A stretch of DNA of 63,478 nt, filler included, from Ministeria vibrans ATCC 50519 (lineage: Eukaryota; Protista; Filasterea): NCBI GenBank assembly GCA_943704425.1. It is 9 parts of 9 records of this genome, joined end to end, with 100 filler letters (N's around TTAATTAATTAA, not from the genome) between each part and the next. Parts side by side here need not be neighbours in the genome. Positions count along the whole stretch, not along the records: positions 16,623 to 31,855 come from CALSCP010000801.1; positions 31,956 to 40,827 come from CALSCP010000996.1; 7 more parts are not named here. One strand, given 5' to 3'. A program made the translations under genes and the position numbers. A model generated the notes under the pieces. The model was not told the DNA's origin and made no database searches. It worked only from the letters and a program-made list of their open reading frames with translations. Positions 23,604-35,155 of this stretch are shown here, piece by piece (positions within the stretch are counted from its first letter, which is position 1; every line of letters begins with the position of its first letter).

Positions 23604-26600
23604 TCACACTGACATCATCATAGCGGCCGCACGTGCATTGACATCGCGCTCGTGATCTTCCAGCCGTTTCAATAGACCTCGGCGTTTGACAAATTGACTG
23701 GCAGTCTTGTCGTTCATCACTTGCATACGAGCACGCAGCAGCAGCGCAATTCCCTACAAACAGACATACATGCCATCAGAGAGACTGCACACAGTTCAAA
23801 ATTCAACGTACAAAGCCTTCGCACGGCATCTTCTGTGACGCACGGTACAAATCCACGCTGATCGGAGTGCGCCGATCGCATTCCAGGGCTGCAAAAAAAA
23901 AAAAAAAAAAAAAAATAGTAATAATTAATTAAATTTTTTGCTATAGTTCGAACACATACAGCCAATGGGCACGAGCCCCGACCCAATGAATTGGTCGCCA
24001 TTTAGCAGCTCAAAGTCCATGCACGACACACTGAGCACCAACTGATCCGACCAGTGCTGGATGTTAAAGGTGAACTTCTCCTCCCACTGAGGCGACAATG
24101 TGCGCTTCTTGATGGACGTTCGCATCTTCTTGTTGTCGTGCAACACGCGCCCTGTCGACTCTTGCTTGGGCGTCTATAAAAAAAANNNNNNNNNNAAAAA
24201 AAAAAAGGAGAACAAGGAAACCGTGAGAGAACCAAACGTACAAAAAAACACATTCACAAATTAAACACACGCTCACAGACACTACAAAACCACAAAGAAG
24301 ACATACCAACTCAGAACCCCACCCACATACACACACAGTCACCACAACGACGTACCAATAGCAGCTCAACGTAGGGGTCAGAGTAATTATTGTTGGTGTT
24401 CATTGATGGGAGGTCAGTCGCCCGCTTGATTGACACTGTCAAAACACGCTCCTCACCCGTCCGGAGCATGTGTATGTCAAGCTCAACCTACAACATCAAA
24501 TTAATAATAATAATAATAATTACAATACAATAATAACAAAATTATTAATAATAATACAATAATAACAAAATTAATAATAATAATACAATAATAACAAAAA
24601 ATATAATAATAATAATAATAATAATACAATAATAACAAAATTAATTATAATAATAATAATTACAATACAATAATAACAAAATTAATAATAATAATACAAT
24701 AATAACAAAATTAATAATAATAATAAAAATAAAAAATATAATAATCATTGACAGTCTTTAATAATAATAATTTACTGACGCAAATATATATATCAACATT
24801 ATGAGAACAACTCATTAATTTGTCATTTTGGCCTACCTTTCCAAACGTCTCGTTGTCTTGTGTCTTCTCTTGGGCAACCTCCAGCTCGACGAAACGCTTG
24901 ATAAGGTCCTCAGTGGGCTCGCCAATGTGCATGAGAAGCTTCAGAATGGTACGATAACGCTCGTTCTCAAGGCGCGACAGTGGCAAGCCATTGCCATTGG
25001 CGTGAAAGAAGTCGTGCAAGATCGACACAAACTTCATGTACATCTCAACGATCCAGCGGCAAGTCAGATGGCCCTTGCCGGCCTCGTACACCGCGTACAG
25101 CGTCAGTTGCCACAATCGCCACACCATCTGCTTGAACAACGGCTCGTACAACTCATCCGACATGAGCTCCAGACGCTCGTTTAGATACGACAGCAACGGC
25201 TCCGTCGCCATCGCCACCTCCTCGTCGGTCGCCACCGCCTTCACCTTCTCCTTGTCCTTGCGCTTGATCAAACGTGGCTTCGACGACTTGAGCTTGCTCG
25301 ACATCTGACGCTCCTGATCCTTGGACGCCGTGCCCACCACCAGACTTGTGTAAGCAATGATGTCGGGTGCAAATTTGCAGGCGAGTGACTGTAGCAGTTC
25401 GTCCATGACTGTGCCCAATTCGCGGTAGCAGTCCTGGAAGATCTCAATGACACGCGCGTCATAAACACCCTCTACCTGCGTGTCGCTGCGTTCCGCCTCG
25501 TCCACCTTGTCCAAATCGACAAATCCCTCGTCCTGCAACATCTTCATCACACCCTCCAGCTGGTTGTGTGCCTGTTGAATGTCGTTGGCCATGACACACA
25601 CTCGCGACGACAAGTCAAACGACGGACCGGTGTCGACAATGGACGTCTTTTTGGAAGAAGAACCCTTGCCACTGTTGGCGCCGCCCCCACTAGAGCCGGC
25701 AGCCGCCGCGCCGTTGAAAAAGCCAAGACTCTTGAGTTGTTCGAAGAGTGCCCGGCAAAACTGCGTCGTTCCCGAGCACACAATGTCCGCATAGATGCTC
25801 ATGAACATTCCAAGAGACTGCGTGTCGGACCAGCGCAGACCACGCAAAAAGGCAAGGCTCTGGTCAAAGCAGGTGAACACGTCAACAACGGACGCCGAGT
25901 ACATGTGGCCCTCGAGTGCCTTGTACTGGTCTTCACGTACACTCAAATCTACCCACGTTTTGGTCTTGGCACGACACACTGTGAGCCACTCGAGAACACA
26001 CGGTGTGAACACCCTGTATACCTCTGCCAGCTGCACGTTCTTGGAGGCACCCGCGGCAGCGTCGGTGCCGGTCGACTCACGCACGAGCGTATCCAATGGA
26101 CCGTACACATTTTCGAGGGCATCCTTCATGCGCGTCACGTGCTCGTACAAGTCAAAAACACTCGCCGACAGTTCCAAGTCGACACCCACACGCGAGACGG
26201 ATTTTTCAATCTCGCCCATCAACAGCGTGAGATACGCCTGAATCGTAATGGTGCCGTAGTCAATGTTGTGCTGCTTGAAAATGGGATGAAATTCGCGACA
26301 GCCCATGCAAATCTCGTCAGTGACCATGCCCGTGAGCAGCGACAATTGATGGAACACAGCGTACGAGGCAAAGCCGTCGCTCTTCACATGGGCCGCTTGC
26401 TTTTCATGACGGTCGCGTGCCATGCGGCGCATGAGACGGTACATGCGTGACACGCCTTGGCGAAGAGCCGCCGGAATAGCATCCTCAAACGACGCCAGGC
26501 CTTCGTTGTATTGCATCCACGCCTTGGTCTCGCGAACGCGCTTCAGCAGCGCTAGCGACGCGTTCACTTGACTGTACGAGTCGACACTGGTCGCCTTGGC

Positions 26601-29600
26601 CGGCACACCATCACTAGAACTGGAGTGGTCGCCAAAATCTTCGCGTAAACACGAAATGGTTCGCTCCAAGCGGCCACTCAAGTGCGCCAACGCTCGCCCA
26701 ATGCGTGCCTGTTCCTCCGGCCCAAACAACTCGTCGAGTCCGCTACCACTCAACTCGGTGATCTGGCTGAGAACAACATTGCGATTGACGCCCGCATAAA
26801 TGGTGTCGTGCGACAGACTGCAAATGCGAATGGCTGTGCGCTGCGGAAACGTCACGCCGTGATGGAGGCACCACTGTTCGCACAGCTGCTGTGCTGCCGT
26901 GGGCACCTCGGCCGCCCACAGAGGCATGCGCTCGTACGTGACGGGTACCTTGTCGACGGGTACCAGCACACACGTGTCGCCGCGACACCGCACCAGTGAC
27001 GAGCCAGCGTCGCCATAGGCACCCTTTGACTCGCGCTCAAAATGCGACGCGTACTCCGTCCTGACGACGAGACCGTCGAGTGCAACAAACTGCGCCAGGT
27101 CCGTCTCGGAAGCGTGCACCACGGTGCTTTCGGCCGGAACCGAGCTCTTCTTGCCCTTGCCCGTCGCGCTTGAGCCGCCGGCGGTGTGCACCCGGCGTTC
27201 AAAAGACACGCCAAACTCGATGTCGCCACTGATGTTGGATCGCTTCGAGCGCTTCTCGAGAGTCACCCACTGGGCCGAGTGGCCGGCGTGCTCGTCGAGT
27301 GGCACCACGACGCGCCCAAGAAAGTCGGGCTTTTCACCCTTGGACAGCTTCGCCAGTGTCTCGCGGTTGTTCAAGTTGTCGTTCCACAGCTCGAGAACCA
27401 CGTGTGTGGCACGGCCATCGTCATCTGACAGCTGGAAGACTTGTTTCTCCCAGCGTGGATCGCACGAGCGCACAATAGGCGTTCGCTGGTGTCGTTCGAC
27501 GTCGAGTGTGGTGTCGGATGGATCGCGCACAAGCGCCACGGAACAGAAGCAGTCGTTGCTGCGATCCTTTTGAGTCTTCACTCCCTTCGCTGTGAGGCCA
27601 CGCGCGCCGCGCACGTCCACTGTCACATGCATACGTGCCACCTTGGAGGTGGCACCAAGACCACTAGTACCAGTCGCCGCCTCATTCTTGGCCGCCACCT
27701 TCAGAATCACCTCGGCGACCTTGGACGCGTGATCTTCGTCACTGACACGAAACAGTTGACGAGCGTACGCAAAAAGTTCGTCGTTGGACAGCGCAGTTGA
27801 CTGCGCTCCCAGTCCCACCGTGCCATCAGCTTTGGGGTGGCTCTTGGACAGAAGGTTGAAGCCGCGACTAGACTGGTGGTCGCTGGCAAGCTCGGCGGGA
27901 ACGCGACAGACGATGGCCGTGAGCACTGACTCGTACAGTTGATCCATTTGCGCCTGGGGAAGAGGACCATCATCGTTGGTGGCTGACAGAGCATCTGCAG
28001 TGGCCAACGAATCGTCAGGGCTCCCAAACGTGGCGGCTGCCACATCACGGGCAGTCTGGCGGATGTCACGCGTCTCTAGCGGCTGTCGTTTCGACCACTC
28101 ATTCTCAGCGGTCGTACCGGTGCACGAGTAGTTATTGAAAAACTCCGCCTGTGCCGCACCCAGAGTCAACTCGATCTTCTCACGCTTCTTCGAGTGAAAC
28201 AGCATGCGCGCGACACTCGCAAGTTTCGCTGTTGCCTTGGCCGCCGTCGCTGCCAGCGCCACCTGAGCAGCCGTCTCAGCATCGTCTTCACTCTCGTCCT
28301 CACTTTCCCCCTTGGTCTCCGGAGCGGAAGACGCGAGCGATGCGGCCTTTGTGGTGTCCTCACAAGCCAGCGCCTCCTCCTTCTCCTTGGCAGCATTTTT
28401 CTTCGCTTGTGCCGCCTCTTTTCTCTCCTTCTCCTCCGCCTGCTTCTTTATTTTCTTCTCCTCCTCCTCCGCTGCCTCCTCCGCCTGCTTCTTCTTCTTT
28501 TTCATTTCAGCTGCTTCCTTCTCCTTCCGTTCGCGCTCCTCTTCTTCGAGTGCGAGTTTGGCCAGCGCTGCTGCGTGTGCTGCTGCTTCCGCTTTCTCAG
28601 CCTGACGCTTGCGTTCGGCTGCTTCCTTCGCCTCACAAGCAGCACGGGCGGCCTCCTCTTCCGCTTGGCGCTTGCGTGTCTCCGCCTCGACTGCACGGCG
28701 CGCCGCTTCCGCTGCCTCCTCCTCTGCCTGGCGCTTGCGTTCTGCCTCTTCCTCGGCTGACTTTTTCTGGCGTGCCGCCTCCTCGTCCGCCTCGCGTTTC
28801 TTCTGTTGCGCCAGTGCCTCTTCCTCCTGCTTGTGTCGCCGCTTCTCTTCAGCGTCCTTCTCCTTCTTGCGTCTCGCCGCCTCTTGCTCCTTCTTCTTCT
28901 TCGTCCAGTTCGCCTCCAGCACCAGTCGCTCTTGTTCTTCCGCCGCCTCCTTGGCACGACGTGCTTCTTCCGCCGCCTCGGCTTGTCGCTTGCGTTCTGC
29001 TCGTTCTTCTTCGGCCTTGCGCTCGCGCTCCACCTTCTCCTCGGCCTCAATCCGCTCGCGCTCGGCCTTGTCGGCCGCCTCGCGTTCACGACGCACACGC
29101 GCTGCTTCCTCGGCCGCAGCTTTGGCCGCCTCCTCCTCCTCGGCAGCCTTGGCAGCGGCCGCAGCGGCTATTTCAGCGCGTCGTTGTGCCTGTTCTTCCG
29201 CCTTTTCGGCCTCGTGTTTGCGCGCTGCCGCTGCAAGTTCCTCTTCGCTTGGCGCCGCCGCCTCCTCCGTCCCAAACACCGAGCTGCTCGCTTGCGCCGA
29301 CGAGAGCACCATAATGGACTCGTGTGCGGCGGGCATGTCGTGTTTGGCCCTCTTTGTGGGCGTCAACTTGTCGTCGGTGGCGTCTCCCGACGTGTTCGTG
29401 CCGTTGCTGTGCGTGCTTTCCGCGCGTTTGGGCACGAGGGTCATGGCGGCGTTCAGGTCGAAGCAGCCGTCGCCGAGTGCTTCATGCACAAACTGGAGGA
29501 TGTCGCGAGCAGAGGCGGTAGCACTCGTCGTAAGAACAATGGGCTCCTCGCCGACGGGGAACAGCTTGATGAGGGGAGGCGACGTGACTGTGTCGTAGTC

Positions 29601-30149
29601 CGGGAATAGGCGAGCGCTGACTTGCTCGTTGGCACAGTCAAGGTGACACTGGGTAAGATTGCGAGCGGGCACGGCGGCAAGCGACGAAGCCGCGACAACG
29701 TACGCTCGAGTGGCGGGGCGCGGGGCAACAAGGACAAGGATGTGGGCGGTGGAGCGGACCATCAACTCCTCGAGTTCGTCGGCCGTACAGTCGTAAATGG
29801 GGCGGCCGTCTTTGGGCGTGAACGACAGCACCGCCGGTGTCGTCGGCTGCACATAGGAGCGATGCTTCTCGCTTGTGTCCGCCAGCGCCTCGATCCAGTG
29901 GTGCATTTCGTCGTCGTTCTCGGCACAAGCAAAAAATGTTCGCTGTGGTGTCACTATGCGAAAACAGTGGGCCCTGCTGCGCTCCTCGCTTGCATCCGAC
30001 ACCTCCTTGATCTCGCGGAGTGAGACGGCCCCCTTCGGCCGCGTCGCATTCGGCGAGTCCGAATACACAAGCATAGTGCGCTCACATGAAAAATAGCGAC
30101 GCTTCCAGTTCTTGCGCTGTCCTCCCTCTTTCAGCAGCCATCCTTCCAT
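23604..30149 (-). CDS. Munc13-4/BAIAP3-like protein (C2-MUN-C2) with N-terminal PH, thioredoxin-like and long charged helical regions
   Basis: PH: MEGWLLKEGGQRKNWKRRYF..WIEAL. C2A: HVTVDVRGARGL..NDCFC..PRW..ELWNDN..DFLG..WVTLEKRSKRSNISGDI. MUN: F.P.V.EWL..YSASVVDVFTCF, CVMANDIQ, PLLSYLNERL, DFFHANGNGL. Spliced C2B: LTVSIKRATDL..SDPYV..TSIKKRTLSPQWEEKF. First exon 30149-24837; stop 23604-23606. Confidence 0.9.
24505..24725. repeat. Intronic AT-rich minisatellite (AATAATAATACAATAATAACAAAATT-like units)
   Basis: Several imperfect tandem copies are visible. Confidence 0.8.
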
Positions 30150-30391
30150 CTTCTTCGTACTGTCGGTTCAAAGAACAGACGCGAAGACAAACGCCGAGGT
30201 GAAAATTATTATTATTATTAGTATTATTATTTTATTTTTCGGAGGGAATTTCTCAAAAAATATAATAACTCTATAAAGTAAAAATTGCCGAATTCAGACT
30301 TGAGATCGCTGATCCCTTGAGGGCGTTGTGCCTTCTTCTTCAGTTTTTCGTCTTCAATTATTTTTGAGTTGATCCGACAGCCACTGCGCCC

Positions 30392-31218
30392 ATGTCAACC
30401 AGCGGCGCATCCGACACGCCTGTCGCGGTGGACTCCGCTTTGCCTCTCAAGGTGTGTGGGGGGTCCTTTTGCGTTCGTGTGCTTCTCCTCACTCCCCCTT
30501 GCGTAGGTTTTTGACAGCGATGGTAACGAGCACACCTTTGCGTCCCTCATGAGCCCAAACGACGACGAGTACACAATGGTGTTTTTCGTGCGACAGTAAG
30601 TTTTTGTCTGTGCTTTTGCATATTCGCTTTCATGTCTGACTCGTTCTCTGTCACATTTGGAAGCTTCCTGTGATACGTGTGCCGCGAGTACGCCGAAGGT
30701 ATGCCACGACGACGATGCGTACGGTCGCATCGGCACTCACCTGTTTTTTTGGCTTCTTTATGTTCGTTCTTGTCGCAGACCTTGCTCAAGTGTCGACTGC
30801 GTCTCTCGCGGAGCGCAAGGCGCGCGTTGTCATTATCGGATGCGCCAAGCCCAAGTTCATTGCGGCGTTCAAGTCTTCGTTGCGTATCCCCTTTGACGTG
30901 TATGCCGACCCTGACCGTTCCGTCTACCTTGCGCTCGGCCTCAAGCACGACAAGTCTCTTGTTCGCATCAGTGGACAGTCGGCGCACGTCAAGAGCGGCT
31001 TCACCATGGGCATCTTCAAGGCGATTGGCGTAGGTCTCAAGTCTCTGCAAATGCAGGGTGATGTTTATCAGCAGGGCGGCGCCTTTGTCTTCCGCGGGCC
31101 CCAGACACTTCTGTACTCACATGTAGACGGCTCACCAATGGACCACGCGCCTATCAACGACGTCCTCGCTGTGTGTGGCGTCGAGTCTCTTGCCTTGCCC
31201 CACTTGGTCAAGGCCTAG
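30392..31218 (+). CDS. PRXL2C: Selenoprotein of the AAED1/PRXL2C (SelU, AhpC-TSA_2) family, Sec encoded by TGA at 30671-30673
   Basis: Exons 30392-30451, 30507-30595, 30664-30698, 30779-31218 give ..VFFVRHFL-U-YVCREYAEDLAQ..VVIIG..FDVYADPDRSVYLALGLK..QGDVYQQGGAFVF..H.D..PMDHAPINDVL, matching human AAED1 VFVRHFLCYICKEYVEDLA as I recall it. Confidence 0.92.
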
Positions 31219-31274
31219 CGGGCGCTCTGTAACTTCTCCTCTTGCTGCGTGTACACTCCTTTCCCCATGACACC

Positions 31275-31365
31275 TCCCCCTCGACGATGACGGCACACTT
31301 CCTCAAGGAACACCTCGCTAGTGTTCACGGAGTCCGTGCCCGATGCATACATAACCTGAAGGGAA
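31275..31365 (+). promoter_or_regulatory. Type II SECIS element in 3' UTR
   Basis: ATGAC core 31287-31291; helix GGCAC/GTGCC plus ACTTCC/GGAGT; unpaired AA 31305-31306; apical mini-stem GAACAC/GTGTTC; 3' core CGAT 31341-31344. Confidence 0.88.
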
Positions 31366-31480
31366 CTGTCCAATCGAAATGAAGTCTAATTCAGTCACTA
31401 CTATAATAATAATTCACATAAAATAGAGCAGCCAGCTGCTGCAGCGACAACAGCAGTGACAGCAGCGAGGTCGGTCGAGT

Positions 31481-31682
31481 TTAGTCAGAGAGGGCGTCGC
31501 CCGAGTAGTTCCAATCATCTTCGAGTTGGTCGCCACTGTCTTTCTTCAAGTCGAGCTGCTCAATGCTGCCAAGCGGCGCAAACACCCGATCCGACTTGCG
31601 CACTTTGAGCTTGTTGTCAAGCAGCTTGAGTACACGCAGCTTGGCCTGCGAGCGGAACAGGTTGTCGGGCAGTGAAGTAAGT
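31481..31682 (-). CDS. Last exon of a leucine-rich-repeat protein (remainder lost in gap)
   Basis: LTSLPDNLFRSQAKLRVLKLLDNKLKV..VFAPLGSIEQLDL; pyrimidine tract and AG acceptor at ~31684. Confidence 0.75.
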
Positions 31683-31770
31683 CTGCAGAAGAAAAAAATT
31701 AATGACAACAAATCGACAAGAACCATCTTGTGTGTGTAAAATATACAAAATTTAATAATACTTATAATAC

Positions 31771-31854
<84 letters not shown>

Positions 31855-31955
31855 GNNNNNNNNNNNNNNNNNNNNNNNNNNNNNNNNNNNNNNNNNNNNT
31901 TAATTAATTAANNNNNNNNNNNNNNNNNNNNNNNNNNNNNNNNNNNNNNNNNNNN

Positions 31956-34900
31956 GATGCGCACTCATCCACGTCCGTCTCGCAGTGCACTCCAAAGTAC
32001 CCCGACGCACAAAAGCAAGAGTATCCACACGTGCTGTCTTGGCAAGTTCCGCCATTCGTGCACGGGCTCGACGCACACTCGTCAATCGGCGAGAAACACT
32101 TCGTTCCCGTCCACCCACACGTGCACGAACACATGAACATGTTCACGCCATCAACACATGTGCCTCCGTTGCCGCACGGTGACGACGCACACTCGTCAAT
32201 CTCGCTTTCGCAATCAGATCCAGTGTACCCAGGAGCGCACGCACACGAATAGCCGCACACACCGTCAGTGCATGTCCCGCCATTCGCGCACGGGTTCGAC
32301 GCACACTCGTTGATGTTCGTTGCGCACGTCACGCCGGCGTATCCACACGCACACTCACACGTAAACATGTCAATGCCCATGTGGCACGTCGCTCCGTTCT
32401 CGCACGGGCTCGACGCACACTCGTCCGTGTCGCTCTCGCACATGTCGCCAAAGTACCCCGGTGCACACAGGCACGAGTAGCCGCACACCGCATCCACACA
32501 CGTTCCTCCGTTCATGCACGGGTTCGACACACACTCGTTGATCGCACTGCCACACTTGGCGCCCTGCCATCCGCACGCGCAGTCACACACAAACGAATTA
32601 ACTTGGTCAATGCACGTTCCTCCGTTCTTGCACGGCGAAGATGCACACTCGTCGATCTCGCTCTCGCAGTCCGCACCGGTGTAGCCGCTCTTGCACAGGC
32701 ACGAGTAGCCACACACCGAGTCGATGCATGTGCCGTCGTGTGCGCACGGGTTCGACGCACACTCATTCGTGTTCGTCGCGCACATCACTCCCTCGTAGCC
32801 ACAGGCACACTCGCACGTGTAAAATCCTACTCCCGAAGTGCACGTCGCCCCGTTCTGGCATGGTGATGAAACGCATTCGTCCACATCTGTCTCGCATTGG
32901 GAACCAAAGTAGCCATGCACGCAGAAGCAAGTAAAGCCGCATAGTCCATCAACGCATGTCGCACCATTTTTACACGGTTGAGACGCACAGTCGTCTATTG
33001 TGTAATCGCAGAGCGTTCCTGTCCAGTCGCAAGCACACTCACAAGTGAATGAATTTGTTCCGTCGATGCAGGTGGCGCCATTGTGGCATGGGTTCGAGGA
33101 GCATTCGTTGAGGTCCGTCTCACAATGGTCACCCGTGTGTCCCGGGAGGCACGTGCATGAATACGCGCACACGCTGTCCGTACACGTTCCGCCGTTGTGA
33201 CAGGGAGTTGACAAGCATTCGTTGGTGTTCGTGAAGCAGTTGGGACCCTCCCAGCCGCATTTGCACTCGCATGTGTGCGAGTTTCCAATAGGTGTGCACG
33301 TCCCCCCATTCGCGCAAGGGTTTGACTCGCACGGCGCAAAGTCTGATTCGCAGTCGATTCCCGTGTAGCCATCGGTACATGAACAGGTGTAAATGCCGGC
33401 GGCCATGTCGATGCAAGTGCCGCCGTTGAGGCACGGCGACGATTCGCACGAATCAATATCCGTCTCGCAGTCCTCACCAGTGTAGCCGTATGCGCAGTCG
33501 CAAGTGTATGATGGTTTGACAATGTGGAGATTTGAGAAGAGGTTCGCATTGAACACAGTCCTGTTGTAAAAGTCTCCCACCAGTCCGTTTCGAGACGAGG
33601 TGTGCGCCACCTCGGTGAGGCTGTTGATGAAGGATGCTTGCGAAGTCGTGAGGGCAACGCCAATAATGTAGACTGGTACAGATGCTACGTTAAGTCCGCC
33701 GTCGATACCGTCGTTTCCGACATACGTTGGTCCATAATCATCATTGACATTTCCATCGTTGAGGCCAAGGCGACCAAGAGCGTCACCGTCTGGGAACTCG
33801 TTTGAGTCGTTGTTGCCCCACGAGTTGTAGTCTGATGAAGTGTCGGCTCCGTCCGTGAGCGCAATGACGACGCTTGCACGATTAGGGTCAAGGTTGGTCG
33901 TGGCGTAATTGATTGCCATGTATAACGAGTCGTAGAGGGGCGTCCAGAAACTGCCAGCAATTTGAAAGTCTGAGGCAATGGACTGGTCGATGGTGTAGTC
34001 TTGGCCCGTGAGAACGCCCGCCGTTGGATGAGTGTATGTCTCGTTCATCTGCAAGTAGGGCTGGAGCAAGACTGGCTCTGTGTTTTGGCGCTTCGTTCCT
34101 GTCGGCTGGAATGTGACAACGGCGACGCGGTCGGTGTCGCGAAGTCCGGCGACGAGATCTGATGCGGCTGCGACGAGGAAAGCCATCTCAGTGTCATCAA
34201 TCGAGAAGCTGTTGTCCAGCAACAGAACGATGTCGAGGGGCACGCCGCCAAGATTGCCAACGTCGTACTGGCAGGTACCGCCATAGAGACAAGGTGACGA
34301 CTCGCATGGAAAATCGGCTGTTGATCGGCGCGCAATCTTGCCAGCTTCGAGCGTCGACAAGCATGGTGCTCCACGTGTAACGTGCCCGTTGGGGCATATA
34401 CACAGGGGGGCGTCAAGCCTCGAGGTGCACGTCGCGTCGCTGTCGCATGGAGATGAGGCGCATGGGTCGAAAGTGGCGATTTCGCAGATGTTGCCAGCCC
34501 ACGCCGGTTCGCATCTGCACACTGCTTCTCGTCCACAACTTGGGTCCTGGGAGAAAGCAAGCAAAATATTTAGGCGATAAAGTTGTCTTTACACTTTAGA
34601 AGGCTGAGAGAGAAGAGGACGCCCAAAGTTGAAGTTTCGATTTTCTTCCTTGGTCGAGTGGAAGCGCGTGTGACCACATGTGTGTGTATGTGTGTAAGTA
34701 TGTATGTGTGTGTGAGAGAGAGAGTCTCTCAATGATTCTTTGTTTGCTTTTCGTACTTGTTTTNNNNNNNNNNGGGGGGGGTGAAGACCAAGGGGAGTTG
34801 AACCCTCAGAGCAATTGATAGCGATGGGCGAAGTTTTTTTAAAAGGAAAACAAACGTGATAATGCAAAAAACAAAACTGATGGAAGAAAAGGAGAACCCT

Positions 34901-35155
34901 AACTGACGTGCTTACGTTGTCGTCGGTACACGTTGATGTGTCGAAGCCAACGATGGGGGAGAGAACACATGCTCCGTGCGAGGAGCAGGCAGGAGAGCAA
35001 CTTTCTGGATTTGTCTCAAGAGAGCGTCCTCTTGATGCGTCGAGGACACCGCGAGTCACCCAGACATCCAAGACAGCGTCGGGGATGGCGTCCGCCGCGA
35101 TTTGCGTCGTGAACGCAAGACAAGTGACTACGGTGAAGAAAAGAATGTCGCGCAT
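31956..35155 (-). CDS. Secreted/surface protein with EGF modules, one vWA domain and ~13 or more Ca-binding Notch/fibropellin-type EGF repeats; 3' end lost in gap
   Basis: Signal peptide MRDILFFTVVTCLAFTTQIAA; vWA MIDAS DNSFS..T(PLYD)..LTDG; repeats of DECASSPCxNGGTCxD..Y.C.C..GY.G..C. Confidence 0.9.

Noticed and set aside
28151-29609. Long antisense/alternative-frame ORFs over the Munc13-like helical region (also over PIBF1, the EGF gene and the kinesin exon)
   Set aside because: Shadow ORFs of GC-rich, low-complexity coding sequence.
30671-30673. PRXL2C as a pseudogene, or genome-wide UGA reassignment
   Set aside because: The TGA sits at the catalytic Cys position with a SECIS downstream and the rest of the gene is intact. 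TGA is a normal stop in other genes here (e.g. 6889, 44452, 54810).
30670-30778. N-terminus of the 182-aa ORF in the track
   Set aside because: Wrong frame and intron sequence; the true N-terminus comes from upstream exons through the Sec codon.
31956-35155. Notch or Delta orthologue
   Set aside because: No LNR, ankyrin, DSL or TM region is visible; the vWA insertion and 7-Cys pairs are not Notch features; the C-terminus is missing.
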